This document shows positions 53,101 to 64,000 of a stretch of DNA of 64,000 bases, in pieces. Source of the stretch: Phoronis australis. Taxonomy: Eukaryota > Animalia > Phoronida. The notes beneath the pieces were generated by a model that did not search any database, had not been told where the DNA came from, and worked only from the letters and a program-made list of their open reading frames with translations. The DNA is taken from assembly GCA_002633005.1 (NCBI GenBank), contig NMRA01000265.1, positions 64,362 to 128,361 on the forward strand, given 5' to 3'. The translations under genes and the position numbers were made by a program. Within the stretch, counting starts at the first letter, position 1. Every line of letters begins with the position of its first letter.

Positions 53101-56100
53101 CTAGACAACTGATGCATGACAGTTGCATAACTTAACATAGGAACTATTCTAGCAACGACTAAACTACAAAAGCAAATTGCTTTTGAATCTAGAAACAAAT
53201 TTTGGATTTCAAATTACCAAAATGAGTTTATTTAATAAAAATAATTTCTTAAACAGACAAGTCATTTGTTTTTTAAAATAAGTTTTCATGGATGTGACCG
53301 TTTGCATAACAGAGGTCATTTGAATCGTTGAAGCATACAAACCTGTACCTTTGACCAGGGCATGACTAAAATATGAAGTATATAATCGATTCTAAAAACA
53401 CACTTAACGCTTACATGTATGACTTTGAGCTATGGGACACCATAAATTTTCTCTGCTGCCAAGCGTTTTAAATCTTTTTAAATACGTAACAACACACCTG
53501 TAATGAAAGGACTGTGAAATTTTAATTAAATGAGGCGTAACAACACAGAGGGCTTGTACATGCACCTGAGCGGATTTCCATTTCACAGGTAATAATACAT
53601 TTCATAGGTGATAATTTAGGCAAGTACTTTGGCTGTCATCTGCATGAGTGAATTACCAATTCTGGTGATGGGCTGTTGAGTGGGGGAAGTGACCATAGTG
53701 CATAAAAAGGGGCATGTACTCCACTATATATTTGACGGGGGGTGGAGGGGAGGGGCGGCCCTGAAAATTCAGACATGCACAAATTTAAAGAGTGAACTCT
53801 CGGGAAAGACCCATTTGTAAGAAGCCTAAAAAGTCATCCTTGCACAGAGTAGGGATTCTCCTACAGTTGTTTCTTAACCCAAAAAGTGCAAGAATACATG
53901 CCATGTTTTAAAAATTAAAACATTATTGCAGCCTAAGTTTGATGTTGGAGATAAGAGTGATTGTTGGACAAACAACTTGCTGTTAGTTAAGACATGCAGA
54001 ATGATAGAATGATGAAGATTCCTTAGAGTCAGTTTTAATTGCAGAGCTCTCCCAACCCAGGTTCTTATTTGGTGCTGATGGGGGTGATCGCTCGGCCATC
54101 TAAAGACTCAATGACTTTAAGGTATCTTCATCATACTATATATATTGGAATGTTGGCGTCAACATCTTGTGGAGCCTACAATAAGAATAAACATATGCGA
54201 GACATTAGCAACAAGATTTCCTGAGTGCAATACACGCATGATGGGCATTTGCACACCTTTTACAACCTGACTATAAGCTGCTATGTATGGTAAAAATTAT
54301 CCAGTAAAAGTTCTCCAGTTTGGACAGTTTCTTTTTATGACACAGAAATTCAAGCTAAAATTGATTTTTGTTCTTCTGAAGACTGGGACATGGGTAATTT
54401 TGGCGTTAATCATTGTTCTCTAATGTTAAACACTGCATTTTGAATCAACAAAGCCCAACGCCGTTAAAAATAGCTGCCAATGCAAAATTGGTCTTTCTCA
54501 TAATTCTTGAATTTGGGACAGCCAATAATGACTATTTCTAAAATTTGGTACATTTAGAACCCAAAAAAATTAAAGTTTTCACTGTCACAATCTAAAGAAT
54601 ATTTTCCACAATTTCTTCAGCATTAGCAGTAGCAGTAGCAGCCAGTACAGTGCTTGTCCAATAACCTATACAACTTGCTGGTGACATACCTGAGAGTTGT
54701 GTTGCACAAGCTTGAACTTGTGTCATGAACATAGTCTCTTTATTGTCTACACCCCTGACAATTTATGGGTTGGTTGAAAAGAACAGTGACACCAGTGAAA
54801 TGTATGTATGTTTACTGCAAATTCAACCAACCATGCAAACTGAAATCTGAACTTTACTTTTCAATGAAAGTTTAGTTGAAAGAAAGTATTGTTGCATTAT
54901 TAAAATATCAGAAAATCCATGCTTTTCATGCTTCAGTTGTAGTCTGTGCGATATTTTCTTTCCTAATAAAGACATTATTTGAAATAAATGAGAACTGAGG
55001 AATCTCAACGATGACAAAATGTTGTGAGCTTCAAAAACATGCACATTTGGGCCTGAGACAGAGTGTCCAAAAGAATCTTACACAGTAAATGAAATGAACA
55101 TCGGAAAAATCTTGTATAGGCCTGATCCAAATCTCCAATTGCTACTACGTACATATGAGAACGATTCAATAACAAACTCATGTTTAATCGAACACGCATA
55201 TTATAGGAATTACAGAATAATTTGATAGCAACCTTTCATTTAAGCAAATCTCATTAAAAATACAACTAGTTTTATCTAGTTTTTCATCTAGTCGCAAATT
55301 ACTGATAAACACCAGTTTCATAAGAGCACCCGGGAGTCAATTAAGATTTCACCATAGAAATTCAATTCAGATTTGCCACATGGTAGTCATGAACATCAAT
55401 TCCATAATGACGACTTGATGGAGGTAAAGTTAGCTACCACCACAACAGATGATGGATAGACTAAGCCCAACTTGGCAGTCAGAAACTAAAGGCAAAAATT
55501 TCTAAAGCCATATGTCAAACTAATGGCCTATCTGGTAACATTTGTTGGACATCTGCAGGAACCTCACACCTTGTGGAATGTGCCCTTTACTCAAAACGTT
55601 AATTGAAGTAATAATCATGAAGAATCTTCATGTCAAATTGCTCCAATAAAGCTACATTTCAGCTTGTTTATGTGGTTGAAAACGACAATCGAACTGCTCT
55701 TTTAACTCGGATAAAATCATTCTCATACTATACAGGATTCCATTAGTCACAGGCAATGCATACATGCCCAATGTACAAAGTAGCAATTTTAGGACTGGAC
55801 AACCCTAATGAGCCCTGAAGCATTTTCTTGAGTCGTTTGATGGCAAGTCACGAGGAATGAGTATATGCGCCATTTCCAACTTCGCAATTTTAGAATTTGG
55901 CTATCCTATAAAACTGTTTTCTTGAGTCAGTGATGGTTTCCATGTTCTTTCTGGCTATGGAAATGGAATCCTATCACAGTGAGGAATTAATTTGAGACAA
56001 GTTTTATCAAGCAGAAGGCCCAATTCGAAAGAGTAAGTTTGCGGGACCTCTGAAAATGCCACACTCAGACCCACTTGCAGATGACAAGAAAACAGAAAAG

Positions 56101-56199
56101 TATACCATACCTACAGCAAGTGAGACATGACTTTGATTAGACAGACTTCCAGAGGTATTAGTTGAAACTAAACTTGTAGGTAAAACTACACATCATTAC

Positions 56200-56292
56200 C
56201 TTGGATGCAGTCCTTCTCACACGACCAGGGACAGGACTGGCGCGGCTACGCATGAGTTCCTGAATGTAGCTAGCACTCCTTGACTTCTTCAT
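56200..56292 (-). CDS. Candidate alternative first coding exon E (MKKSRSASYIQELMRSRASPVPGRVRRTASK)
   Basis: ACA-ATG context, 31 codons, GC-rich, phase-0 donor AAG|gtaatg. A possible acceptor (tctgtctgtcag|) 19 nt upstream suggests a spliced 5'UTR. Confidence 0.55.
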
Positions 56293-57820
56293 TGTCCCCG
56301 CAGTGTCAATACTGACAGACAGAAGGTATATCTCCACACATATATTCGGATACTGAGACTTCAGCAGTAGATCTGGTGGCCAAGCCAACTGAACATTACA
56401 CTGCCATACACCTACCACACTGACCACCCTTAACAGGCTGAAGATTGTTAGATATGATGAGGATAGTTCATATTTCGGTCTCCTCAGGTTTCCTCCTTGT
56501 ATTGAATAACATCAGGGCATGCTGAGATTCAGTTTTCACACTGGTTGAGGTTTGCAACAGCTCGAGGTTCAGAACAGCTTCAGGTTTCCACCGACAGCTC
56601 ACAGGCTAGAAATTTTCCTGAGTGACTTCCAATTACTTAAGTACTTAAAAGACGTACCCAGCAAATCTCCAAGGTATCAACAAGGCTCTGACAAAATCGT
56701 TCTTTCCAATTATAATGTCCTTTATCATCATTAACAAATGGCAATCAGTCGTCGAACATAAATCATCTGAGACAGGGGTCTGACAAGTCCCCCAGTTTCC
56801 CTGCCAAACCTTGTAACTGAAGAATAGTAACAACTACCACAGAGTGGTTTGCTGCGATAACAGCACCTCAGAAATTCAATTCACAAGCTTTCACTGCCTT
56901 TGAAAAGTATCGCCTACCAAAATATTGATTGTGTAAGTAAACACCAATGGAATATCCGTCAAACCATTCATCGCCAGAAACTGCGGGTCAACCAACTGGC
57001 CACCAGTTTAATTAGAGCAGAACTTAATTTGCAACTGGTTACACCTGTATTCAATTGAGAGACTGGCTGCAAGAAGCAACATGCATGGGTGTAAGGGGTA
57101 CACGACCAGCTCCATGTTTGTATTCTCAGCAAGATGCAGTGCCCAGTGACTGTGCTCTGGAGCCAACCTACAAATGCCTTACGTAACCTTGGCACACCTT
57201 TAAAAGAGCGGCAGGTTGTACAGGTGTTTGTATTCAGAAGCTGGGTATGTAATATCTGTCTGTTCTTGGCCAGCGCGCAGGCCAGAGGTGCAGTATGAAT
57301 GGGTCTGGCGGAATGAGCATAACTAAACATATGTCACCATAGTAGAGAAGTTATCCACTTGAATTACAAGACATGTTGCATAATGCACAATTTCTATCTG
57401 ACATGTATCTCAGTGTACAAATCCCTAATTTGACAGTATGTAAATATTTTGAAAACCTAGCAGTTAATCACTCTTGGAGTAGCCACAGGCTTGAAACCAG
57501 ACGACTTTAATGGTTAGTTTAGTATCAAAGGGGCTAAAAACCCTTGAACCATGCTTATAACATAATTGTTAAATGATCATTTTGGCAACAATATAGTGAA
57601 ATAATCATGAATGAGATTCAAACTTCATTTTATATCAGTCGACTCAGTATAAATATAATAATTGATTTAAAGATCAAAATAATATAATTGGCACAAAAAG
57701 ACATACCGGTACCCATAATAGGGACACTTCCCCATACTCATTGTCTAAATGTGAACAACATTCAATTCAGTTCATGAATTTGTGCTTTCTGCTGGCCCGT
57801 CATAAAACCCATGAAGAGGC

Positions 57821-58285
57821 TGGTGCTTTCCCATTCGGGGAACTTTGGTTTACCGAAGCTTCGCCGAAACATTGCTTACCTTTACAACTTGATAGCGACA
57901 TCGAAGTTATCGCTAGATCGCGATTCAGTCATTGGAGTAGAAACTCTCAATTGTTCTCCTACCATTTACGAGTGTTTATGAAAGCAATCAGTGTCACTGT
58001 TCATTTACGTGCGTCTATTGAGAAAACGTCGGTTACTGTACAACACAGAACACATTTTGCGAGTCTCACGTGATCATATATCGTTGCCGCGACCTCTACC
58101 GATAACTTCGACAAAAGTTTGCTTTTAATCTTCCCAATACATCGAAGTTTTGGTGTCCGAAGCTTTGCTTTTAAATCCTATTATTTAAGCGAAATTTCGC
58201 TTGCAGTTTAATCATGGGAGTAAACCGTTCCCACTTATCGAAACTTTGGTAAAAGTGAAGTTTCACCTCTAATGGGAAAGCACCA
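57821..58285. mobile_element. About 465-bp non-autonomous TIR element (possibly PIF/Harbinger-like)
   Basis: 15-bp perfect TIR tggtgctttcccatt / aatgggaaagcacca with degenerate extension; repeated cgaag.tt motifs; no clean TSD. Confidence 0.7.
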
Positions 58286-59143
58286 TAACATTCAGTTTCA
58301 AGGAAATCACTTCTCCTGTCTAGCTGAAGCTGTGCACAGCGTAACAATGGTTTATGGCTTTCTGATCCTGGATGCACAGTGAACCACAAAAAATGTATTC
58401 CAACTTCGCTTCGAAAATTACCAGTAGTGAGTGCCGAGTGGTTTTTAAGGATTATGCGGACATTTTCCATCGGAAATTGCAGTTGGCATCTTAGATCCAG
58501 TAGGCATTAATGAAATATGACTTCAGTAATCAACTGATGTTTTGATAACGATTTGGATCAACTTACTGCAAGAACTCCAGAATCCTAGAAAATAACAGCA
58601 CCACATTTCCCCTTAACACAAATAAAACATGTTAGATAATAACAACCTTGAATTTCTGTTGTGACTACTGCTGTACCCCAGACTTAAAATCAATTTTCAT
58701 TGAAAAGAAGGTAAGTTTAATTACCTACAAAAAATTGGTGGAAAGACATGTGACGGGACGTTCGTAACTTTACGCTTATAGTTATTCTTATTTAGTTGCA
58801 AATGTTCAGTTATTCTTATGCTAATGTCTTTGTTGCGTCTCAGTGCGCCTTTGTTACGTGGGCATGTGGGCGCGACTGTATGTGTCGGGCACTTCGCTAG
58901 CGACAGGCTTAGGAGAAGGGTGTTTCCTTCTTTTGCTTTCATGGAAAGTTGATTGTTATCATGTGCAAATTGAACTGAAACGAATGCCCGATGAGAGAAA
59001 ATACATATTCTGAGGTTCAGTGGAGACTTGCTCTGTTACAGACACATAAAGGGAATTTACAACCCCGAAGCACTCTCTAGTCCTCCTTGAAATCAGCCTG
59101 CCTTCTAACTGAGCACTTTTCATTAACTGTCCCAAATTTCTAA

Positions 59144-59654
59144 AGGCCCTTTCCCATACATTATCTTCGCTACAATCAAAGCTTCAGTTTCAACTGTAGT
59201 TAATCCCGAAGTTAAGCGTGAGTGTTCGCATCAACTTCGGAGTTATAGTTCAGCGATGTTATCGCAAGGCATTGGTAATATGACCATGACCTCTTGCAAA
59301 TATGAAAGGTGCACTCTCAAATGTTCAGTGATTTTTTATTTATTTTTTAAAGAAAGAATCCTTCAAACACGTGGACAAACTGAAACACAATGCTTCTTCC
59401 ACCAAAATAACTAATACTGGAACAAAATATTAAAATGTTAACCAGTTACCGCCTGCTGTTGGCGAATGCAGTGACACTTGCCAACAACTCCAAGGGCATC
59501 GAAGTAAGGTGTTCTCATTATACTGAAGTGCCAATGCTTCCCTGTTAAATCCACCGCTTAACTTCGGAGATAACTAGTGCTGATTATGTTAATAAAAGAC
59601 CAAAGTTAAGTGTTCCCACTGAGTCTGAAGCTTCGGCAGCAGTGGGAAAGGCCT
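59144..59654. mobile_element. About 510-bp non-autonomous TIR element related to the previous one
   Basis: taa-aggccctttccca ... tgggaaaggcct-tta; TWA flanks; internal aacttcgga / cgaagtt motifs. Confidence 0.65.
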
Positions 59655-62394
59655 TTAACACAATTCACCAAACAACAAGGAAACTGTTTCAGTCAACCAG
59701 GTGACAACCACACTATATTACTTACAAGGTATTTCACAAGGTTGGTTTTGGCCAAATTAGCAGTAGAAATTGAGAACCATTACTCATACATATCATAGTT
59801 GCATAAGTATACTGTCCAAGGTTCCATGGTAAATGAGTCCATCATCATGGAGGAAATAGAAAACCAATGAAAAGGCAACAAAAGAGCAATTGAAAACAGT
59901 CTGACACCAGTAGTAGTAGTTAATACACAAATGATCAAAACTATCCCCAAAGGGTGTGAATACAATATGTTGTCAGAGGAGGATCTCAGTTTTCTATAAG
60001 GGATTAGTTGTGTATACCAAGCGATGAGCTTCATGTTCATTGATAAATCTGTTCCCACACAAACTGCACTTAAGGACGCTCCTATTGGATATTGTGCCAA
60101 AAGACGATCAAGACTGACTGGTCAAATACAAGGACCAGGACAAAAATCCCAGTTTGTCTCAATGATGAGATGTAATGAACCGTACAGCTGGTTTGATTAG
60201 CAGCAGGATAAGGCTGTCCAACCATTAAATGGACTGAATTATAGTAAAAGACATCTGATTTGACAGGAGTATCCATGCTTTAAGGTTATTTCTTGGTGAT
60301 TAACTCACACTAAGCCACTGGTGACAATCGGACAGGTAAAAATGTATACGCATGACTGAACACCTGTAGCATGAACAAAACTGTCCATCCGAGTTAAAAA
60401 CATTGCTGATACAAGGCACTGGTTGAGTAGTATATCAAATGCAGGTACAAAGGCACACTGTCAATAATAATACAAAACAAAATAGTCATAACGTCTGGCA
60501 CTGTAACACGTTAATAATATTAATATCAATACCATTAACTGTGGGGAAAGGATCAGCATACTCGTAATTTCCCAATTACAAATAAGATGAAAAAACATTC
60601 GACAAAAGCACTTACATCACTTATGACATCTGAGATCTGTTAAAATCTCCTAAATGAAATCATGAGTTCCATTTTGAAATGATATCTAAGCAATTTGTGC
60701 CAGGGATGCTCTGACACGTTGCTAAGTTCTCATATTCAACCACAACCTGATATATTGCATATATTATTTTAAACATGATACTACTTTACCCNTTCAGGTG
60801 GTGCAAGCAGTCATAAAATGTAAATGAGGAGCTCCTAGGAATTGTTGAGTCCAAGTAATAAGCATAAGTAAACCCTACAAGAAGATTGAAACAGATAATA
60901 TGAAAATGTTTGCTGAGCAATGTAAAATTAAATGTGCATTCCAAAGCTGTTGAGCTGTCAATTTTGACAGCTAAACCGATTTGGGGTTTAAAAACATTAC
61001 TAAGCTCATCGGATCATGAATTATAGACGAATAAGACAGCAACTCAAGTCACAGGGAATGCATACATGCCCCCGCAATTTTAGATTTGGCCAACTTACGG
61101 GAAACTAGGTCGCAAGCTTGTCGCATAGAGACCAGTAGATAGGCGTATCCATTGTTTACAATTTTCCTTTCTTATAATATAAATACTGCTAAGCACTTAT
61201 CAGCAACAGGTTGACGTGCGCCTAAGGTGCGATATCTCTGCAACCTGCATTGTTATATCCAACGAAGACGCAACACAGGAAAACAATGGTAGTGTCCCAT
61301 AGGCGATAACCATGCGACGCGCTTGCACCCGTCGCATGGATCTCGCAAGCTAAACCATAGCTTGCGACATACATACCATGTCATTTGGCATGGGAACCCG
61401 CATAAACTCTGAGGGGTTTTCTTGAGTTACTGAAGGCTTCGATGCTCTCATTGATAACCAAAATAGACTCCTATCAACTCTATCATGGTAAGCAATATTA
61501 TGATAGCAATTTTACGAGAGTAAAAAGCCCAGTTCCATTTTCGTTATAGCAGCGAAACGTAGCTTTAATTTTAGACTGTTTCTCACATGTATATGTTACC
61601 TGGACAGTGTAGTATAAGAATTGGCAGCTGTTTTTACAAATAACGTTAACTGAGGCACATTAATGGATGAAACTGTTGAACTGTAATTGCACACAACAGC
61701 TGTCTAACCACCGACCGCAAAATTTGCAAAAATTAGGCTTCTCTGAATTCGTTAATTTCATAATCTGAAAGTCTACATTTCCCTTAAGCATATATACACT
61801 TTCCAAACAAGTGTCAGTATGCAAAACAACTAAGTATTTGTTATGTATCAGTCAGAAGTGAACATATTACCTGTGACCCAACAACCAAATTCAGACAACA
61901 AACAACAACTAGACAGACAATCTCCTTCTGGCAAGAAAACACAAATCATCCTTTGATCCTATGACTTTTCTCTATGATTAAACTTATCCTGTTGCTTATC
62001 CTATTACATGTATTTATATCTGTTTACTTTAACAGGTAATCTAACAGTTCAAGATCAACCACAAAGACAATTAACACCTGGTAATGTAGAATACACAAAA
62101 AGGTGTTGTAGCTACTCAGTAAGGTGACCACAACTATTTGAGCTATGAACACTATGGTGTTTGTTGTCAATGGTAGGATTGTCTTGCAAGGTAGTGGTGG
62201 TTTTAACACTTGTATTGTTAGTAACCAGTCTGAAAGTTTTCACATGAAGTTTGAGATGGTATCAACAAAATTAAACTTTCTGTTCAGATCTCAGGACTTA
62301 ATGGCTAGGACACTCAGAGAACTCCAAAAATCACCTATTCAGGACATGCACAAGGTGATAAACATTTGGGCATAGTCAAATAACGAGAGAGTAT

Positions 62395-62600
62395 GGTGTT
62401 TCTTTGCTTATTTAGCACACAACAAACGAAAAATAAAGATGAAGAAAATTTTACTGTACCACTGGTGTTTTTAACAGTGCGTAGATACCTTTTGGTGAAA
62501 TTTTTTAAGCCAGGTAATCAGCCTTTGAAAAGCAGAAAAATGACAATTTTGATAATTATTTTGGTGGGAAATAATGCAAAATTACAGCGCATTTTCTCAA
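62395..62600. repeat. Member of an old dispersed AT-rich repeat family (other fragments near 12185-12350, 20478-20930, 28770-28970, 44255-44310)
   Basis: Shared blocks among copies: tcaccaacttaggacacaa (12189, 20484), tatttagcacacaa (28773, 62409), atcagcctttgaaaa (44264, 62517), ttttgRcaattat-like motif. Confidence 0.55.
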
Positions 62601-64000
62601 CTGCATAAGGTAAGGTGCTGTTAAAACTCTTGACTTTTCATTTCTCAAAGATAAGTAAGTCTAGTAGTAGTGAAAATTAGCACGAGATGGGTGTTCTGAA
62701 TGACACGGACGTTTTCTCGAATGGATGAATTGGAGATAGCGAGCATAAAGCGTTAAAAGAGAAAATTTGGAAATTTAGTATTTTTGCATTTGAACGAGCC
62801 ATATTAACAGGCAGAGTATGAATTTTCTGAAAACAAAAAAAGAAAATAAAAATTGCAAAATCAGAATGAAACAACACTGGCCATTGTCGAAACATGAGCC
62901 TTTTCCAACAATAATACAGTAAGACATTTGTGTACAGTATGAGTTTAACAAAGTTCCATTGCACCTGGCTTCTGCTGATGAATTATAAGAGAATTCGTGT
63001 TACGTTATCCGTCTCAATAAAGTTATTCCATATACTTTACTAGACTAATCATTCATTTTCAAAAATGTTTCGCACCAGCTACATGGAATATTTTGCACTG
63101 AAACAAATGTCTCCAACAGAAGATAGCAATCCAATGATTTTCAAGAAATTTAAAACAGAAGCAGCACCTATTGGCAAATAAGTGAACTAGAAGAAGTCAC
63201 AAGTTGGACTTGTCTGTCAAGTGGATCCACTACTTCAGACAAACGATAACTTAACTAACAAGCAGTAAAAAATTATACCAGAGTCACGTAGAGCATTGAT
63301 ATGCGCCCACCACATGCATTGTAAATGGTAAAGATATAACTGCTGTTCATTTTACCACACATTTAAGAGTGAACACAGTCTGTTTAAGTATGTAATGATC
63401 CTTCAAACTGTTTGGGTGCTGTCACCTTCTTAATTGAAACACATCAGTCAAAACTTGGTAGTTTCAGAAGCAGAGGCAGAAAGGTAAATTCGCCGCTACA
63501 AGCTAGAATTTGCCACATGCACAAAAAGGTGAGTTTGCTATGTGGCGGCACTGCGGACGTCGGGCTGGTCCATAAGTCAACCTAAGTGGTGCTTTTGCTA
63601 ACAAGAACACACCTACCAAATTCCATACTTTAAAAAATTCAGTAGATATTGAGGCAAGTACAAAAAATTAACACTGTCACAAGGGGGCGTGGAAGTGTTC
63701 GCATTCATCTGTAAATCAACATCAACCATGCTCTTGCCAATAGAAACATATCCACCAAATTCTGTGAAGATCTCTGTGTTTGGCAGATCGAAAGACAGAT
63801 GACTGGCAAAAACGAACACCAAAATACTAAAATTTCATTAAGTTTCAGGGTTCAATTCCCAATATATGTCATGCCCGAATTAGCTGTTTTCAACATATAG
63901 GCACAGTTTCTGCTCAGTTCTCCATAAAAGCAGCCCTTATTCACTGAGGCTGGTCCCATTCCTAAAAAGCCAAAGAAAATTTTGAGTCTAGTCAAGGTAT

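Noticed and set aside
56968-57330. 120-aa minus-strand ORF with an internal gtaagg donor
   Set aside because: Donor is phase 1 in that frame; the phase-0 frame has a stop and no ATG.
58721-58942. 73-aa ATG ORF ending at AG|gtaatt
   Set aside because: Donor is phase 2, incompatible with the three phase-0 entry exons; it sits between two TIR elements and has no recognisable motif.
63613-63822. 69-aa ORF with donor gtaggt, considered as an upstream DH exon
   Set aside because: Wrong phase and no DH-like sequence; the missing DH exons were not found in this window.

Overview
AT-rich eukaryotic (metazoan, probably invertebrate) genomic DNA, almost all of it one minus-strand multi-exon gene. I assembled 15 GT-AG coding exons by hand (34442 down to 2032). 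All splice phases are compatible and give 4518 nt, i.e. 1505 aa plus stop. The protein is an ARHGAP20/TAGAP-family RhoGAP: RRRSAP motif, PH, Ras-association (RA) and RhoGAP domains, then a long disordered tail ending ESYV. Unlike vertebrate ARHGAP20 as I know it, it is preceded in frame by the C-terminal part of a Dbl-homology (DH/RhoGEF) domain that appears to lack two catalytic residues. The rest of the DH domain was not found in the window. The >29 kb region upstream holds at least five short ATG-initiated candidate first exons with phase-0 donors, suggesting a multi-promoter switch between long DH-containing and GAP-only isoforms. The introns carry several non-autonomous TIR elements, including a 452-bp near-perfect foldback with a 5-bp target-site duplication. 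Most ORFs in the supplied track are spurious intronic ORFs. All alignments and family assignments are by eye and from memory; no search was run.
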